Made by a program: the position numbers and the translations under genes
NCBI RefSeq assembly: GCF_964194025.1
Contig: NC_134480.1
Location: 42,036,001-42,100,000 of the forward strand
Direction: 5' to 3'
Source of the DNA: Convolutriloba macropyga
Taxonomy: Eukaryota
Length of the DNA: 64,000 bases
The notes under the pieces: model-generated
The model's database searches: none
Told to the model about the DNA's origin: nothing
The model's input: the letters and a program-made list of their open reading frames with translations, nothing else
Part shown: positions 62,566-64,000 of the stretch, piece after piece
Position numbering within the stretch: position 1 is the stretch's first letter
Layout: the number at the start of each line of letters is the position of its first letter

Positions 62566-64000
62566 CCTAATGCAGAAAATTTTTTTAATATTCAGTGCGA
62601 TGCCTCTAACTATGGCATTGGAGCAGCAATCCTCCAAAAAACTCAGTTTGGAAAAATGGAAATAGTATCGACAAACTCTCGTCTATTTTCTACCACAGAA
62701 CTTAGATTATCCACCATTCTTCGCGAATGCTCAGCCATCAAATATGCACTTTCAGAATATGAATTCCTTTTTCAAGCATCCAAACACCCAATAATATTAT
62801 ACACTGACCACAAACCAATTTTATTCCTATTTACACAAAAGAATAAACCAAATCACAGAGTTTACAAATTTCAGTTAATTCTTATGAAAATTTCAGATTT
62901 ACACATAGTTTGGACGGAAAGGAAAAATCTTTCACTCTCATTTCTACTCACTGACGACTACAACACAAGATGAACACCGTCTTTGCACAGTCGAAATACC
63001 AGATTCAATTAAATTCTTTGTGACATATAATCAAAATACACAACCTATACAGTGTCATTAAGCTGTATCAAAAGAAAATATTAATTCAGTATCTGCAGAC
63101 ACTCATGTAGAATCACCACACTATCCAATCTACTTTCAGATTGAAGATAGTTATTTCAAAGTACTATTAGAGAGCGATCTTTATCTTCCAGTCTCACACT
63201 ATGAATTTAGAAACAAAGCACAGCCGTTGGAGAATATACACCAGCAAAAACTACAACAATTTAAAAGTAACTACTCAAGCCCAGAAAACTATCCTATTAT
63301 ACAACACACAGATGTCACACTAAACCAAAATAAAACAGAATCCTTCATACAATCGAATCACGACGCAAACTATGCCGAATTAATAAATAGTATAAAATTT
63401 TCACTCTCAGCAATGGACGACTTTATACCAAAGTCACCCAACACTTATAACTACTTCTACGAAGATCAATCTGAAGTAAACGATATACTTCTCTATAAAA
63501 CACAACAAGCACCAGTCCTAAGACAACTTTTGCTTTGGAACCAGTATAAAATCCCCCCCCACCCCGTCCCTCACTATTCGAGCAAATAAAACATTACTGG
63601 AGTAATATCGACGTTTCCAATATTTAAGCATTAACGAAGACAATAATCTCCTGTATTACATACAAGAAACAACATCACCAAAAAATTGCCTACCAGTCTC
63701 TCTTCTCCTAGTCATTTTTTATAAAACACACTCTCATGATCTTTCAGGACACCCTGGTTGTCAAAAAACACATGCAAAAATCACGGAAAACTCCTATTTT
63801 CGAAACATTATTACTTGGATAGCAATACTCACACAAGATTGCTTAAGTTGCCAGACGAGCAAATCCATGACAAATCTCTTAATGGCACCACAACCGCCAT
63901 TCCTAGAAGTTTCATCATACTTCAATCACCGTATTTCAATGGATACAAAAGGTCCAATTTCACCGTCTTCTGATGGAAACTCTTACGTCTATGTTATTGT

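Larger units (their letters stand above)
56170..64000 (+). mobile_element. Ty3/gypsy LTR retrotransposon, 5' part, decayed; continues past the window end
   Basis: Gag FDGT...EDFLNAI...GPAQQWY; protease IDFLLASGAT (catalytic D lost); RT WPIEPIQ...ADMNSAYNQ...FYGISIGPAAF...YFDDV; RNase H CDASNYGIGA, YTDHKP; integrase HSHDLSGH...CLSCQ and ISMDTKGP. The A/C-rich strand bias fits. Confidence 0.93.

Overview
AT-rich animal (invertebrate-like) nuclear DNA made almost entirely of decayed mobile elements. 1-15367 is the right half of a Maverick/Polinton endogenous DNA virus. It carries integrase, packaging ATPase, a ~6.6-kb block of small accessory genes, a protein-primed PolB with C2H2/OTU/Vsr-like domains, and a right terminus ...TACTACT. 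Capsid genes are not in the window. Most of its genes carry stops or frameshifts. About 15.4-29.4 kb is a patchwork of old local duplications built around dead Ty3/gypsy RT-RNaseH fragments, with MITEs and a large inverted repeat. 29.6-32.2 kb has two N gaps and a probably artefactual duplicate. 36589-45436 is a structurally complete but decayed BEL/Pao LTR retrotransposon (two LTRs, AAATT TSD). At 47.4-47.7 kb there is an isolated CBP/p300 TAZ1 zinc-finger unit, the only clear host-type coding sequence. ~56.2-64 kb is the 5' part of a decayed Ty3/gypsy element. The most interesting signals are three. (i) The Maverick intergenic promoters share a repeated MADS/SRF-type CArG + CRE(+AP-1) module, resembling an immediate-early enhancer. 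(ii) The Maverick carries four genes with PC4-like ssDNA-binding signatures plus membrane, nuclease and HD-motif cargo. (iii) The stand-alone TAZ1 mini-gene. All family assignments are by eye from motifs; no searches were run.
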